Shown one piece after another: positions 21,095 to 31,027 of a stretch of 64,000 nt of DNA. Position 1 is the stretch's first letter. Every line of letters starts with the position of its first letter. The position numbers were made by a program, and so were the translations under genes. This DNA comes from Clostridia bacterium (GTDB lineage Bacteria; Bacillota; Clostridia; UBA1212; DUPL01): assembly GCA_050951325.1 (NCBI GenBank), contig JBMNIW010000001.1:192001-256000 (forward strand). The letters run 5' to 3'. The notes beneath the pieces were generated by a model. The model saw only the letters and a list, made by a program, of their open reading frames with translations, had not been told where the DNA came from and did no database searches.

Positions 21095-21787
21095 TTATAT
21101 TCGCGGAATAGGAATTGAGTTTATTCTTTTTCCGTATTTGTCAAAAAGAGATATTACAACTTTATCGGATACACTTCCTCTTAAAGTTTCAAAATTAAAG
21201 TATGAGCATTTCTCAAGAGTATCTATACCAAAATCAAGCACCACACCTTCCCAGTTTCCCAACTCGTTCAAACGCCACAGATAAATGGGCTCCTTGACGG
21301 ATGGACGAAATGTTCTCATCATCTCTTCATAATCCGCATATGCACCCCTTGTTAAGACATAGCATTCATCCTTATGGAAAATGGCACTATAAGGTTTTTC
21401 ATAATACATCCATTTAGGCGTCCACAAAACCAAAGGCTGGCTAGTGATGTTATCAAAATATATTTCAAGTCTGGCGTAATCATTATAATAATCATATTCA
21501 CCCTTCATAATTAAGGACGAATACTCATCCATGGCAAGAAGGTACCTCTCCGTAATGACATTTTTAAATGAAGGTTCTGGCGTTGTTTGGTTTGTTGACT
21601 GCGTAGGACTATTTGAGAGAATCTCGTTGTCATCTTCATTCTTAAATAACAAAAAGACACACAAAAACACAAGTAATACAAAAATTGATATTACCCATGT
21701 ATATCTGGATTCCTTTATACCAGTCTTTATTTCATTTTCCTCAGTCTCTTCGCCGATTACAACATTCTCATCAAACTCGTTGTCCAT
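21095..21787 (-). CDS. Hypothetical single-pass membrane protein
   Basis: Acidic N-terminus, one TM helix, S/T/P linker, extracellular domain. Confidence 0.6.
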   Translation of the reverse strand: MDNEFDENVVIGEETEENEIKTGIKESRYTWVISIFVLLVFLCVFLLFKNEDDNEILSNSPTQSTNQTTPEPSFKNVITERYLLAMDEYSSLIMKGEYDYYNDYARLEIYFDNITSQPLVLWTPKWMYYEKPYSAIFHKDECYVLTRGAYADYEEMMRTFRPSVKEPIYLWRLNELGNWEGVVLDFGIDTLEKCSYFNFETLRGSVSDKVVISLFDKYGKRINSIPIPRI

Positions 21788-22103
21788 GCAAATCCTTCTC
21801 TTTCTTTATTTCCTGCGATGCAACACCATCCGGTTTCTTTACTACATCATCCATATCAAGACATACACCCTGCATCAAAAAGGAAGTCGGAGTGGGAACG
21901 GGCATTTCCGTTTCACTGATAATCGTTGGCGTTGGAGAGCTAATTAAAACATTGTCCTTGTTATCCTTTTAAAAAAGTATTAAAACAAGAATAATAAATA
22001 GACAAACAAAAACAGATACAACCCAGGACCTTTTAGTTCCCTTAATACCTGTTTTAATCTCACTATCTTCATTTTCTCCACCAATTACAATATCCTCACT
22101 CAT
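21771..22103 (-). pseudogene. Short paralog of the 21095..21787 N-terminus with in-frame TAA at 21969-21971
   Basis: MSEDIVIGGENEDSEIKTGIKGTKRSWVVSVF aligns with ENVVIGEETEENEIKTGIKESRYTWVISIF; frame continues after TAA with a PT-rich linker. Confidence 0.55.
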
Positions 22104-22187
22104 TTTCAACGTTCCCTTATGGTAACCAAAACCTTATCACCTTCATTTTGCCAAACCCTGCATACATATTTTATCACAGTTTTCTTA

Positions 22188-22733
22188 TCAATGCAGTATT
22201 CTTTTCACACGAAAACTGCCAACCATCAAAAAAGACAACAAAATTGTCTGCAATACAAATACAAGGACAAACATATTTGAAAATTCCTGTGAAACAAAAC
22301 TATGTATGAAAAGCGTGCTTGCAGTTATGAAACCTGCAGCTGTAATCGGGAGCCCTTTGAAGAACCTGTAATCATCCTGAAGGTTGTATCTTGCAAGACG
22401 AAAAGCACCTGCCAGAGGATACATGACAAGTACAAAAAGGACATACCAGGAAGGTTCCTCTATACGCGACATGAATATTGAAATTGGCGCAACACCAAAA
22501 GTTACAAAGTCAGCAAAACTATCAAGCTGCCTTCCCAATTCCGATGTGGCATTCAAATGTCTGGCAAGAAAACCATCCAAGGAATCAAAAATTACTGCCA
22601 AATAAATCAAAAGACAGGCAAGTCTTGTGCCTGTAACAGAATTACTGCGCATCATAGTAAGTATGACAAGTACACCCACTGCCATATTCGAAAATGTAAG
22701 CATGTTAGGAACATGTTTGGTTTTTTGGAACAT
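22188..22733 (-). CDS. pssA: CDP-diacylglycerol--serine O-phosphatidyltransferase-like
   Basis: PNMLTFSN, DSLDGFLAR ... GRQLDSFADFVTFG CDP-alcohol phosphotransferase motif, RLARYN, FKGLP. Confidence 0.8.
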   Translation of the reverse strand: MFQKTKHVPNMLTFSNMAVGVLVILTMMRSNSVTGTRLACLLIYLAVIFDSLDGFLARHLNATSELGRQLDSFADFVTFGVAPISIFMSRIEEPSWYVLFVLVMYPLAGAFRLARYNLQDDYRFFKGLPITAAGFITASTLFIHSFVSQEFSNMFVLVFVLQTILLSFLMVGSFRVKRILH

Positions 22734-23700
22734 TCTTTTTTCTTTCTCCAATTTTCCATCCTCCAATATACAGAAGACTCAGCAATATAACGAACCAGAA
22801 GGTGATAAACCTGAAAATAAGCGTAATTGCCAAAGCTTCGTTTTTCTCAATTTGCATTAATACAAGCAGGCTTGTCATTGCAGTTTCAAACCCACCCAAT
22901 CCTCCCGGCATCAGCGGTATCATTCCTACCATGTAGGAAATGAAAGTAATCTCGGTTAGGAATACCCAATTATATTCCGCTGTAAATAAATTTACAAGCA
23001 ATATCATTTTCAAAGGGTAAATAATCCATATTGCAAAGGAAAGAAGAAACTGTTTATACATCTCCCCCTTTATGCTTTTTAAAACCTTGATATTCCTCAA
23101 AAGAACCATCATATATTTATGCAGTGCAATGCTTGCTTTTCTCTTTGGTTTTCTTTTCTTAACCTTGTTTTCCAGTATATTGGTTCCAACAAACATAATT
23201 ACAAGAAGTCCAAGGAATGTTAACAAGAAGAGAAACACGACAACTCTGACAAAACCTTGAAATATTGCCACTTTGCCTGACAAATGGGCAAATGCAAAAA
23301 GGTTTATCACAAAGAAACTGAAAAAGCTGACCATTTTCTGAATTGTAACCAGTGTTGCGGCTTCCTGATAAGAATAGTTCATCTCGCTCTTCAAAAGATA
23401 AGCCCTTGTAACTTCTCCTCCAAGCTTTACTCCAGGAGTAATACTCTCCATTATCATGCCTCTTGCATTAATATAAAGCATCTTAAAGAAGTCGTTTTCC
23501 TTATTCATCACCTTTCCAATCCTGCACCACTGGTAATTAACAAGAAGCTGACTAACAACCTGAATTAAAAGAAGACCAATAATTCCTAAAACAGGTACTT
23601 TCCTAATACTATCTACAAAACTTTTTAAATCAAATGTCAGAATCAATATGACAAATAAAAAAAGGAGTACGACATACCCTGTTCTTCTTACTACCCTCAT
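22705..23700 (-). CDS. Lysylphosphatidylglycerol-synthase-TM (flippase-like, UPF0104) membrane protein
   Basis: ITPGVKLGGEVTRAY, PGGLGGFE, FRFITFW; RBS AAGGAG before ATG 23700. Confidence 0.8.
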   Translation of the reverse strand: MRVVRRTGYVVLLFLFVILILTFDLKSFVDSIRKVPVLGIIGLLLIQVVSQLLVNYQWCRIGKVMNKENDFFKMLYINARGMIMESITPGVKLGGEVTRAYLLKSEMNYSYQEAATLVTIQKMVSFFSFFVINLFAFAHLSGKVAIFQGFVRVVVFLFLLTFLGLLVIMFVGTNILENKVKKRKPKRKASIALHKYMMVLLRNIKVLKSIKGEMYKQFLLSFAIWIIYPLKMILLVNLFTAEYNWVFLTEITFISYMVGMIPLMPGGLGGFETAMTSLLVLMQIEKNEALAITLIFRFITFWFVILLSLLYIGGWKIGERKKNVPKNQTCS

Positions 23701-23713
23701 CCAAATACTCTCC

Positions 23714-24274
23714 TTAATAGATGATGAAAAGCGCCGTACTGTCAATATTTCTAAAAAGATGATTTGCCCTGCTGTTAAAGGCATTGAACACCGTCAGGTC
23801 ATGCACATTGTAAGTATGGGACAAATGTTTTTTAGGTATGCGTACCAGTATCTTTGAGCCAAGTTTGCATTTTTGTTTCATGCAGCTGAACACCTTGTCA
23901 AGAGGACTTACCTGCACCGCCATGTGAATAACAGTGTAGTCTTCAGGACAGATGTCGCTACCATCGCCATGATAAATCTTAATGGAATCCTCATATCCCA
24001 GTTTCCTGACAAGCTGTTTCGAAACTTCTACACAGCACTCGTCATTATCTATGATTGTTACATGAGCTTTTGTATGCTCATGCAACAATATTCCGCTAAA
24101 AGGACAAGGTCCTCCTCCAACACACAAAATCCTGTCATTCTCATTTATATCAGCAAGCCTTATCTCCTTGTTCACAATCCTTTTGTAATACAAGGCAAGG
24201 ACATTGTATACAACTTTGTTTCTTGCAGCCAGGCATTCAAGTTTCTTTGTGGTTCTTTGTATCAAGCCTGCCAT
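23714..24274 (-). CDS. Nicotianamine-synthase-like SAM-dependent enzyme (Rossmann domain only)
   Basis: E..LADINENDRILCVGGGPCPFSGILL ... IIDND ... GDG ... MAVQVSP..KVF ... ILVR resembles the NAS/CntL SAM domain (GxGPLPxT). Confidence 0.65.
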   Translation of the reverse strand: MAGLIQRTTKKLECLAARNKVVYNVLALYYKRIVNKEIRLADINENDRILCVGGGPCPFSGILLHEHTKAHVTIIDNDECCVEVSKQLVRKLGYEDSIKIYHGDGSDICPEDYTVIHMAVQVSPLDKVFSCMKQKCKLGSKILVRIPKKHLSHTYNVHDLTVFNAFNSRANHLFRNIDSTALFIIY

Positions 24275-24287
24275 AACAATCCCTCAT

Positions 24288-26069
24288 TTATATAATCAGT
24301 TGTGCTACTTGATTGATAAGTCCGGCGACTGTAAATGCACTTACAACTGTAGACAGCCCTATGGTTATAGCCACCTTTGGACCAAACTCTTTTGTCAGGA
24401 TTCCAAACACCGACAAGCAGGGCAGGTACAATAGCGCAACCGTTCCGCCTACAAAGGCTTGAAGTGCTGTCAAACCTTCAATAGCCAGCAGTGGTGCAAC
24501 AGCCATTTCCCTGCGGACTATACCAAGGATCAGTGCAATAACAGCATCCTTTGGAAGACCAAGCCATCCACTTACAATTGGCTCTAGATATACCGCTATA
24601 AAATCAAGAAGTCCTGTTTCCTTAAGCAGCGCTGCAATAACTATGGATATGAGCATGGGGACTTCCGCATCTACAAGGAAGCCTTTCATTCTTATCATGA
24701 GTTTCTTTCCAAAAGCCTTGCCGTTTGGCATAAGCAGGTTCGGTATCTCAATTACCATCGGATCTACTTTTCCTTTAAGCGTGCGGCTTAAAATAAAGGA
24801 TACTACAAACATAATAAAAAACGACAAAAGGAGCATGAGTATAAGCAGTATGGGCGAAAAGTTCGCAAACAGACTGATTAGCGCTCCGGTTTGGGAGATG
24901 CATGGTACTGCAAAACACACAACAGTGGAAATTATAAGGCGTTCCTTCTTCGTTGTGGCGGTTCTTGAACCGATAATTGCAGGCACCGCACACCCATATC
25001 CAAGAAGGATTGTAATCATGCTGCCACCCTGTATGCCCATCTTCCTCATAATATTGTCAAAGAGAACACTGAGTCTTGGCAATACACCCGAATCCTCAAG
25101 AAAAGAAAACACCACATAAAACAAAAAGACATAAGGAAGAATCAGGGCAATAATCCACTCAAAGGCAATCTTGAATATTCCAAAGTCTCCAACCAGCACA
25201 TTTAGAAGTATTCCTTCAGGCACAAAAGCCGAGAAGAGTTTGTGAAACAAGGGAACAAGCACATTGTTTACCAAAGGAAGCAAAGCTACTGCCCTAAGAG
25301 CTTTTCCTCCACCAACAATGGCTCCCAAAGACGCAACAATTACAATCAGCGCAATGGGTATACCCGGCCAGGGCTTTATCATGTTGTCTCCCAGTCTGTC
25401 AAGAAAGCTTGGTTTGCCGTTTGTTTTCGTCCTAACTTTCGAAGTTATTTCCTTTGCCCTGTCCCATTCATTCAGACTTTCACCTATGCAATTTGGACAA
25501 ACTTCACAACCTCCGCAATCAAAAGCCTTTTCGGGATCCTTTATAACCTTCTTCAACTCATCTATAAGTTTGTCAATACCTTCACCCTTAACAGCAACCG
25601 TAGGGACTACGGGAGCCCCAAGCTCCTGGGACAAAAGATTCACATTAACTTCAGTACCATGGCGTTTTGCCACATCCAAAAGGTTTAGCGCATATACTAT
25701 GGGTACATTGTATTTTTTAAGCTCAAGACCCAGTTTAATATTCCTCTCAAGGTTCGTAGCATCAAGAACACAAATGACAGCAACAGGATTGCTGCACATA
25801 AAACCTACAGCTACAGCTTCCGCTTCGCTTGTTGCTTCCAATGAATATGTTCCTGGTACGTCTATCAGGGTATAAGTTTCATCATCAAGTTTGATTGTTC
25901 CTTCAGTATATGTAACCGTTGTGCCGGCATAGTTTGAACTTACTACATTGATTCCAGTGAGATGTGAAAAGAATACGCTCTTTCCTACATTAGGGTTGCC
26001 CATTAAAAGAATTTTATTGGGCTTGTTATACACATTTACATCCTCATTAATATCATGACAACTTGCCAA
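24288..26069 (-). CDS. feoB: Ferrous iron transporter FeoB (short form)
   Basis: GNPNVGKS, NYAGTTV, DVPGTYSL, DATNLERN, LEDSG, GYGCAVPA, PCISQ, YLPC. Confidence 0.9.
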   Translation of the reverse strand: MASCHDINEDVNVYNKPNKILLMGNPNVGKSVFFSHLTGINVVSSNYAGTTVTYTEGTIKLDDETYTLIDVPGTYSLEATSEAEAVAVGFMCSNPVAVICVLDATNLERNIKLGLELKKYNVPIVYALNLLDVAKRHGTEVNVNLLSQELGAPVVPTVAVKGEGIDKLIDELKKVIKDPEKAFDCGGCEVCPNCIGESLNEWDRAKEITSKVRTKTNGKPSFLDRLGDNMIKPWPGIPIALIVIVASLGAIVGGGKALRAVALLPLVNNVLVPLFHKLFSAFVPEGILLNVLVGDFGIFKIAFEWIIALILPYVFLFYVVFSFLEDSGVLPRLSVLFDNIMRKMGIQGGSMITILLGYGCAVPAIIGSRTATTKKERLIISTVVCFAVPCISQTGALISLFANFSPILLILMLLLSFFIMFVVSFILSRTLKGKVDPMVIEIPNLLMPNGKAFGKKLMIRMKGFLVDAEVPMLISIVIAALLKETGLLDFIAVYLEPIVSGWLGLPKDAVIALILGIVRREMAVAPLLAIEGLTALQAFVGGTVALLYLPCLSVFGILTKEFGPKVAITIGLSTVVSAFTVAGLINQVAQLII

Positions 26070-26074
26070 GTAAA

Positions 26075-26341
26075 CTACCTCCTTACCATTATTCTCTCTG
26101 CTATGTCCTTGCCAAGGGCAATATCGCTGGAGTCCACCTTGATAAGTACCGGGCCTCCAAGTCTGTGAGTCATAACTTTGTAAACCGATGCATTCTCAAC
26201 TATACCCAAGCTTTTTAGAATAGCAAGCCCGGGTGCCTTCGTAATGGTATATTGGTAATTATCCGGGGCATGGTAAATACTTTGATTCTGCAAATCCGGC
26301 TTCTGTCCATGTCCATGTCTGCGCCTAAACCTGTTTCTCAT
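26075..26341 (-). CDS. feoA: FeoA-domain protein
   Basis: LKSLGI ... LGGPVLIKVDSSDIALGKDIAERIMV; directly upstream of feoB. Confidence 0.85.
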   Translation of the reverse strand: MRNRFRRRHGHGQKPDLQNQSIYHAPDNYQYTITKAPGLAILKSLGIVENASVYKVMTHRLGGPVLIKVDSSDIALGKDIAERIMVRR

Positions 26342-26376
26342 TCGTCATCTTCCCTTCACATTAGCACATTAAAAAA

Positions 26377-26471
26377 GTTAGGTTCTTCTAACATGTATAT
26401 TATTAGCACAGAGCGTATAAGATGTCAATATGAAAAAGGGCATAATTCACAATATTTTTAGATTTGTCTAA
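26377..26471 (-). promoter_or_regulatory. Sigma-A promoter of the feo operon with two DtxR/MntR-like palindromes
   Basis: TTGACA (26423-26428, minus) -17 bp- TAATAA; boxes TTAGGTTCTTCTAA (26378-26391) and TTAGATTTGTCTAA (26458-26471). Confidence 0.6.
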
Positions 26472-26554
26472 CAAATCTTCTCAAAAGAACACAATAGTAT
26501 TTTTCACAAAAATATAATATAATTGACATACATTACAGGAAGGAAGGTGAAACA

Positions 26555-27908
26555 ATGAAAACTAAAGCATTGGCATGCATGGCTCTTGCATTAATGTACC
26601 TGACCCTACTTTTTTCAGGTATTAATGCTGCAGTTTTAGATATTGATGGTGAAGAGGCTACCATTAACATATCGAGTAAAAATCTGAAACCGCTTAAAGA
26701 AGAAACAATCTCAATAACGATCCCAAACTATTCCGACAAACTTACAGTCACCGTTACCGACGCAGTAGGCGTAGAGTACGTAAACGAAGAAGTTCTGTCA
26801 GAGAATGGAGTTTACACATTGAAATTTTTGCCAAGAGGCAAGGCAGGAACACATACTATCACTATTACAAAGACAAATGGAGCATCCGCCAGCTATACTA
26901 TAAAAATGCTGGCTGACACAACTGTCGAGACAGAAAATGATTACTTCAACAAATTGTTTGAACACTATAAAACGACAATAACACAAGGCCAGTCCAGACA
27001 TAATTTGCAGAAAATGAATTTCAAAGTAAACAACATATGGTTAAGAGACCACATTCATATGATGAAAGCTGCCAAGTATTTTGACAATGATGTACAATCT
27101 GGACTTGACTTCTTCATCATGAACCAGACCGAGGAAGGCTTCTACTACGAGATTATTGTAAACAGTCAGGATATACACACCACTTTTGTAAAAGGTGACT
27201 GCCTCAAACCAATAAATGCATCAACCACGTTGATAAGGCTTGAGATTGAAGCGGATATTGAATACTTGATGGCCGAAGCCATTTACCAGGCATGGAAAGC
27301 AACCGATGATCTTGAATGGCTGAAAGAAGTTTTGCCAAGCCTTGAAAAAGCACTTAATTACTATCTTGTAAGCGACAAGCGATTTGACCCAGGCACAGGC
27401 CTTATCAAACGAGGAGTATCCATTGATACATGGGACTGGATTTACGGCCAAAAGGGGCTGGACCGCAACAGAATGATAGAAGAAGACTCACCAATGGCAA
27501 TATTCCACGGAGACAATACCGGATTCTATCAGGCATGCATCATGATTTCGGAAATGTACCGTGCAGCAGGCGATGAATCAAATGCAGAAAAGTGGGAAAA
27601 CACCGCAAAAGACATACGCATAAAGCTCATGGACATTGCATGGAACGGAAACTTCTTTTCCCATATGGTACATATACGGCCGACAGTGGAAGAGGTAACC
27701 GATGCTTTGTGGAAAGTAGACTTTGAAGGAGATAAAGACAGGCTCAGCCTAAGCAATGCTTATGCACTAAACAGAGGAATTTTGACACAGCAGGAAGCAA
27801 GCAAGATAATTGAGACATACCTTGAACTAAGGAACAACCCTCCTCCAACGGAAACAAATCCAGACAAGAAGTATTATGCTGAATGGGTTACTCTCTACCC
27901 TTCCTACC
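26555..27908 (+). pseudogene. Secreted six-hairpin-glycosidase-like protein, 3' end truncated by IS
   Basis: Signal peptide; WLRDHIH, EADIEY, DTWD, GDNTG; last residues (LKLCVAKASRF) are read from the IS right-end hairpin. Confidence 0.6.
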
Positions 27909-28080
27909 TGAAACTCTGCGTGGCTAAAGCCAGCAGGTTCTAACGTACTTTCCAACTTCTGCACTAACCCGAAAGTATAGTGCCACTAATTGGTTTCCGT
28001 TAGACTTTTACCACCAATTGTTCCTACGAACAAATTAACGGTAGTTTAGGCTCGTTTCAAAACCCATTATATAAACTCAT
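27909..28080 (-). ncRNA. Putative omega/reRNA scaffold of TnpB
   Basis: ~170-nt structured non-coding segment between the tnpB stop and the right end, the established location of TnpB guide RNA scaffolds. Confidence 0.6.
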
Positions 28081-29534
28081 ATTACATTCTTTAATGCTTG
28101 TCTTACTTCACTATTATTTAATCTTTCAATTTCTTTATCATGTAGTATTTTAAACCTCTCAAAATCTCGTTTACATTCTTCTTGATTAATATTGCATAAA
28201 TCATCGTTAACGTGCTGTATTAAAAATGCACTATATAAATCCCTTTGTATTTTAATGCCGTTTAAATCATTCCAACGTTGACTTAATTTTTTCTTATTAT
28301 ATCTGCAATTCAAATGATTATATTGGCTTGCTTTTACTTCTTTAGTATTAACTTTTATAAGTTTTTCACCAAAATATTTTAATTTATTGTCTAGTATGGT
28401 TAATAATTTTGCTGGTGCTTTATTGGCTAAACTTTTACCAAACCGTTTCTTACGTTTAAATTTACCTTTATCGTTCTTTTCAGTTTTCTTGTTTCGTTTC
28501 TGCAATCCTTTAAAATTCATTTCTTCAACTTTTATCTTATTACCGAGAGATAATATATAATTACTTAATAATTGGTGTTGATATTCTCTTACGTCTGCTT
28601 GTTTTCTATATAATTCTCTTAGTTTGTTCTGTGCTTTAATATATCTATTAGATTTGACCCATTTAAGTTTACCTTTTTTTATTGTACCATCTTCATTAAA
28701 ATTATCAGGATTATTAGCACGTCTGCTTCTATCCATATACCTCAAAATTCTACGCTTTTCTTTTTCAATATTATTTACTCTATCGGCTAATTCTAATAAT
28801 TTTACATCTACATTTGATACTATTGCTATTGTTTGAGTACCAATATCTAACCCCACTGTACCATTTCCTATATGTCTTTTAACCTCACCATCTTTATTTA
28901 TCTTCATAGGAGGTACACCTTTGAATACTATTTGAAGATAATATTTGTATTTACCTTTTATAAATCTACGTTTAATTCTACAATAGCATATTTCATCTTT
29001 TAGTGCTTGGTACTCATAAGGATTATTATAATCTATTTTTACAGATATTTTTAACCCATTCCATATAAGAAAACCATCTTTAAATCTTATGCCTGTTTTA
29101 TTGCTTTTACCTTCAAGAGAATCTAATTCTCCATATTTTTTGAAGTGTACTATTTCACCATCTCCAAACAATAAATCTTCAAATGCACTCCATACTCTTG
29201 TTGCTATTTTTTGTGCTGTGAAACTATCTATATTTTCCGAGAAATGATGTTGCATTTCTTGTATATCTTCATGTAGTGAATATTCATTGAGCCTATATTG
29301 CTTATACATTTCATTTAATTGCTTATATAATAGTTTCTTCTCTTTTTCATTTGCATTATTAATTTGCTCCTTTAACTGCCTATATTTTTTAGTTTCAATC
29401 ATAGATTTATAACGTTTATATGCTTTAGATAATACAGCATTGTATAATTGTCTGCTAATTTCAAAACGCTTATTTAAAATAGTTTCTTGATACTTTTCAG
29501 TTATTAATGGAAATGTTACACAATATCGACTCAT
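28077..29534 (-). CDS. tnpB: RNA-guided endonuclease TnpB (long 485-aa type)
   Basis: RuvC I GLDIG, RuvC II VEEMNF, RuvC III QRDLYSAF; YYLQIVFKG. Confidence 0.88.
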   Translation of the reverse strand: MSRYCVTFPLITEKYQETILNKRFEISRQLYNAVLSKAYKRYKSMIETKKYRQLKEQINNANEKEKKLLYKQLNEMYKQYRLNEYSLHEDIQEMQHHFSENIDSFTAQKIATRVWSAFEDLLFGDGEIVHFKKYGELDSLEGKSNKTGIRFKDGFLIWNGLKISVKIDYNNPYEYQALKDEICYCRIKRRFIKGKYKYYLQIVFKGVPPMKINKDGEVKRHIGNGTVGLDIGTQTIAIVSNVDVKLLELADRVNNIEKEKRRILRYMDRSRRANNPDNFNEDGTIKKGKLKWVKSNRYIKAQNKLRELYRKQADVREYQHQLLSNYILSLGNKIKVEEMNFKGLQKRNKKTEKNDKGKFKRKKRFGKSLANKAPAKLLTILDNKLKYFGEKLIKVNTKEVKASQYNHLNCRYNKKKLSQRWNDLNGIKIQRDLYSAFLIQHVNDDLCNINQEECKRDFERFKILHDKEIERLNNSEVRQALKNVI

Positions 29535-29551
29535 AAATATTCACCACCTTT

Positions 29552-29950
29552 CTATACGTTTTTTTGATTTTCTATATATTTTTGTATTGTTTCTTCTGAA
29601 ATATATCCTATAGTGCAACAAAAATAACTTCGTGTCCAAAGAGAAGGTATTCTACTTCTTAACTCTGGATATTTATTTCTTAATATCCTACTACTTGTTC
29701 CTTTAAAATATCTTATTAATTCATGCAGTGGTTGTCGTGGGTCAAAACTTATAAACATATGAACATGGTCGGGCATTATTTCTAATGCTTTTATTTCAAC
29801 ATTCTTTTCTTTTGCAATATCATAAAATATTTGTCTTAAATCTTTTTCAATATTACCAACCAATACTTTCCTTCTATATTTAGGACAAAACACTATATGA
29901 TATTGGTTAAGATATACAATACCTTCTTTGTGTATATATTTATCATTCAT
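29552..29950 (-). CDS. tnpA: IS200/IS605 Y1 transposase
   Basis: YHIVFCPKYRR, HUH motif DHVHM, LWTRSYF, catalytic Tyr in KYIENQ. Confidence 0.95.
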   Translation of the reverse strand: MNDKYIHKEGIVYLNQYHIVFCPKYRRKVLVGNIEKDLRQIFYDIAKEKNVEIKALEIMPDHVHMFISFDPRQPLHELIRYFKGTSSRILRNKYPELRSRIPSLWTRSYFCCTIGYISEETIQKYIENQKNV

Positions 29951-30063
29951 TAGATATTCACCACCTATCTAATTATAATATAGCATAATATTAGATGGGT
30001 GTCAAGTATCTAATAAGCCTTCATCCCAACGACTAAAGTCGTGGGCTTTCGGCTAAGTTTTCT

Positions 30064-31007
30064 GTAAAGTCATAACTGAACTTGGGCACCGCTGCATGTA
30101 CCGGTACATTTCGGGCACCTTTAAGAAGGTTCAAGAAGGATTCTCCATCAAGATCTGCAATATAGTCGTAAACGGAAACACCTGATTCAGGGAGTATGGC
30201 AGCAAAACTGTAATCACCACCTTTGTACGGTTTGACAAAACCTTTTGCCTTTCCATCGCTTATAAACTTTGCTTCTTCGGATTGCATCATTTCAACCACG
30301 GATTTTGTGCCGTCAAAATTGGTAAACTCTCTTTCATAAATCATGTTTTCATTGTATATTACCTCCCATTCCGCATCGAACACAATCGCATTGATAAGAA
30401 ACATTACCGCATTTGGATCAATTTGCTCCAGTATCTTTTCAATCATACCGTCTGTTTTTTGCTTGACCCAACTGTTAATGTCTTTTAGAGTCTGTTCGTC
30501 AAAAGGTGACTTGTATGCATTCGCCTTGTAGTAGTCTGCGTTTTTCTGCAAAAATGCCTTATTGACAGCAAAACGGCTCTCATCGTCTCTAAACCATATG
30601 GAGTTGGATATGACAAGCTTTGATGTCTCTTTGTTCGGAAGCGACTTTACATATGCATATAAATACTCATTAAGCTCATCTATTGATATATCCCCACCCA
30701 AAACTTCCTCCATTTGCTTCAGTGTGTTTTTATTCGCACCATTTGCAGTCATCGCCATGGCAAGCAATACAGATAATGGAGATATCAAGGAGTTTTCCTC
30801 ACCAACCGATCTTTTAAACAAATCAATGGAAAAACTTGCAGTGCTTGCAATAAACCTTTCATCCGCATCCTTGCCTTGAACTTTGTTTTCCTTTAATCCT
30901 TCCATTAGATTCATGCCCTTTACTTCTTCATACACAAAAGGCTCTACACAGGATGTAAAACTCACAAGCATTACAACTGCAAGAAAAAGAACAATAACTC
31001 TTTTCAT
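30064..31007 (-). pseudogene. Serpin lipoprotein, C-terminus (including reactive-centre loop) removed at the IS left end
   Basis: Aligns with 31028..32269 up to PKFSYDF, then reads into the IS (ENLAESPRL). Confidence 0.85.
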
Positions 31008-31027
31008 CTACAACACCTACTTTAAAT

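Larger units (their letters stand above)
27909..30063 (-). mobile_element. IS200/IS605-family insertion sequence (tnpA + tnpB)
   Basis: Left-end hairpin GAAAGCCCACGACTTTAGTCGTTGGGATG (~30021-30050) preceded by TTTAC at 30064-30068; right-end hairpin GAACCTGCTGGCTTTAGCCACGCAGAG then TTTCA; visibly more AT-rich than the flanks. Confidence 0.9.

Noticed and set aside
21969-21971. Stop-codon recoding (Sec/Pyl)
   Set aside because: The codon is TAA, not TGA or TAG, and aligns with Lys in the paralog.
28077-29534. TnpB as a Cas12f-type CRISPR effector
   Set aside because: It lies with tnpA between IS605 hairpin ends and has no adjacent array.
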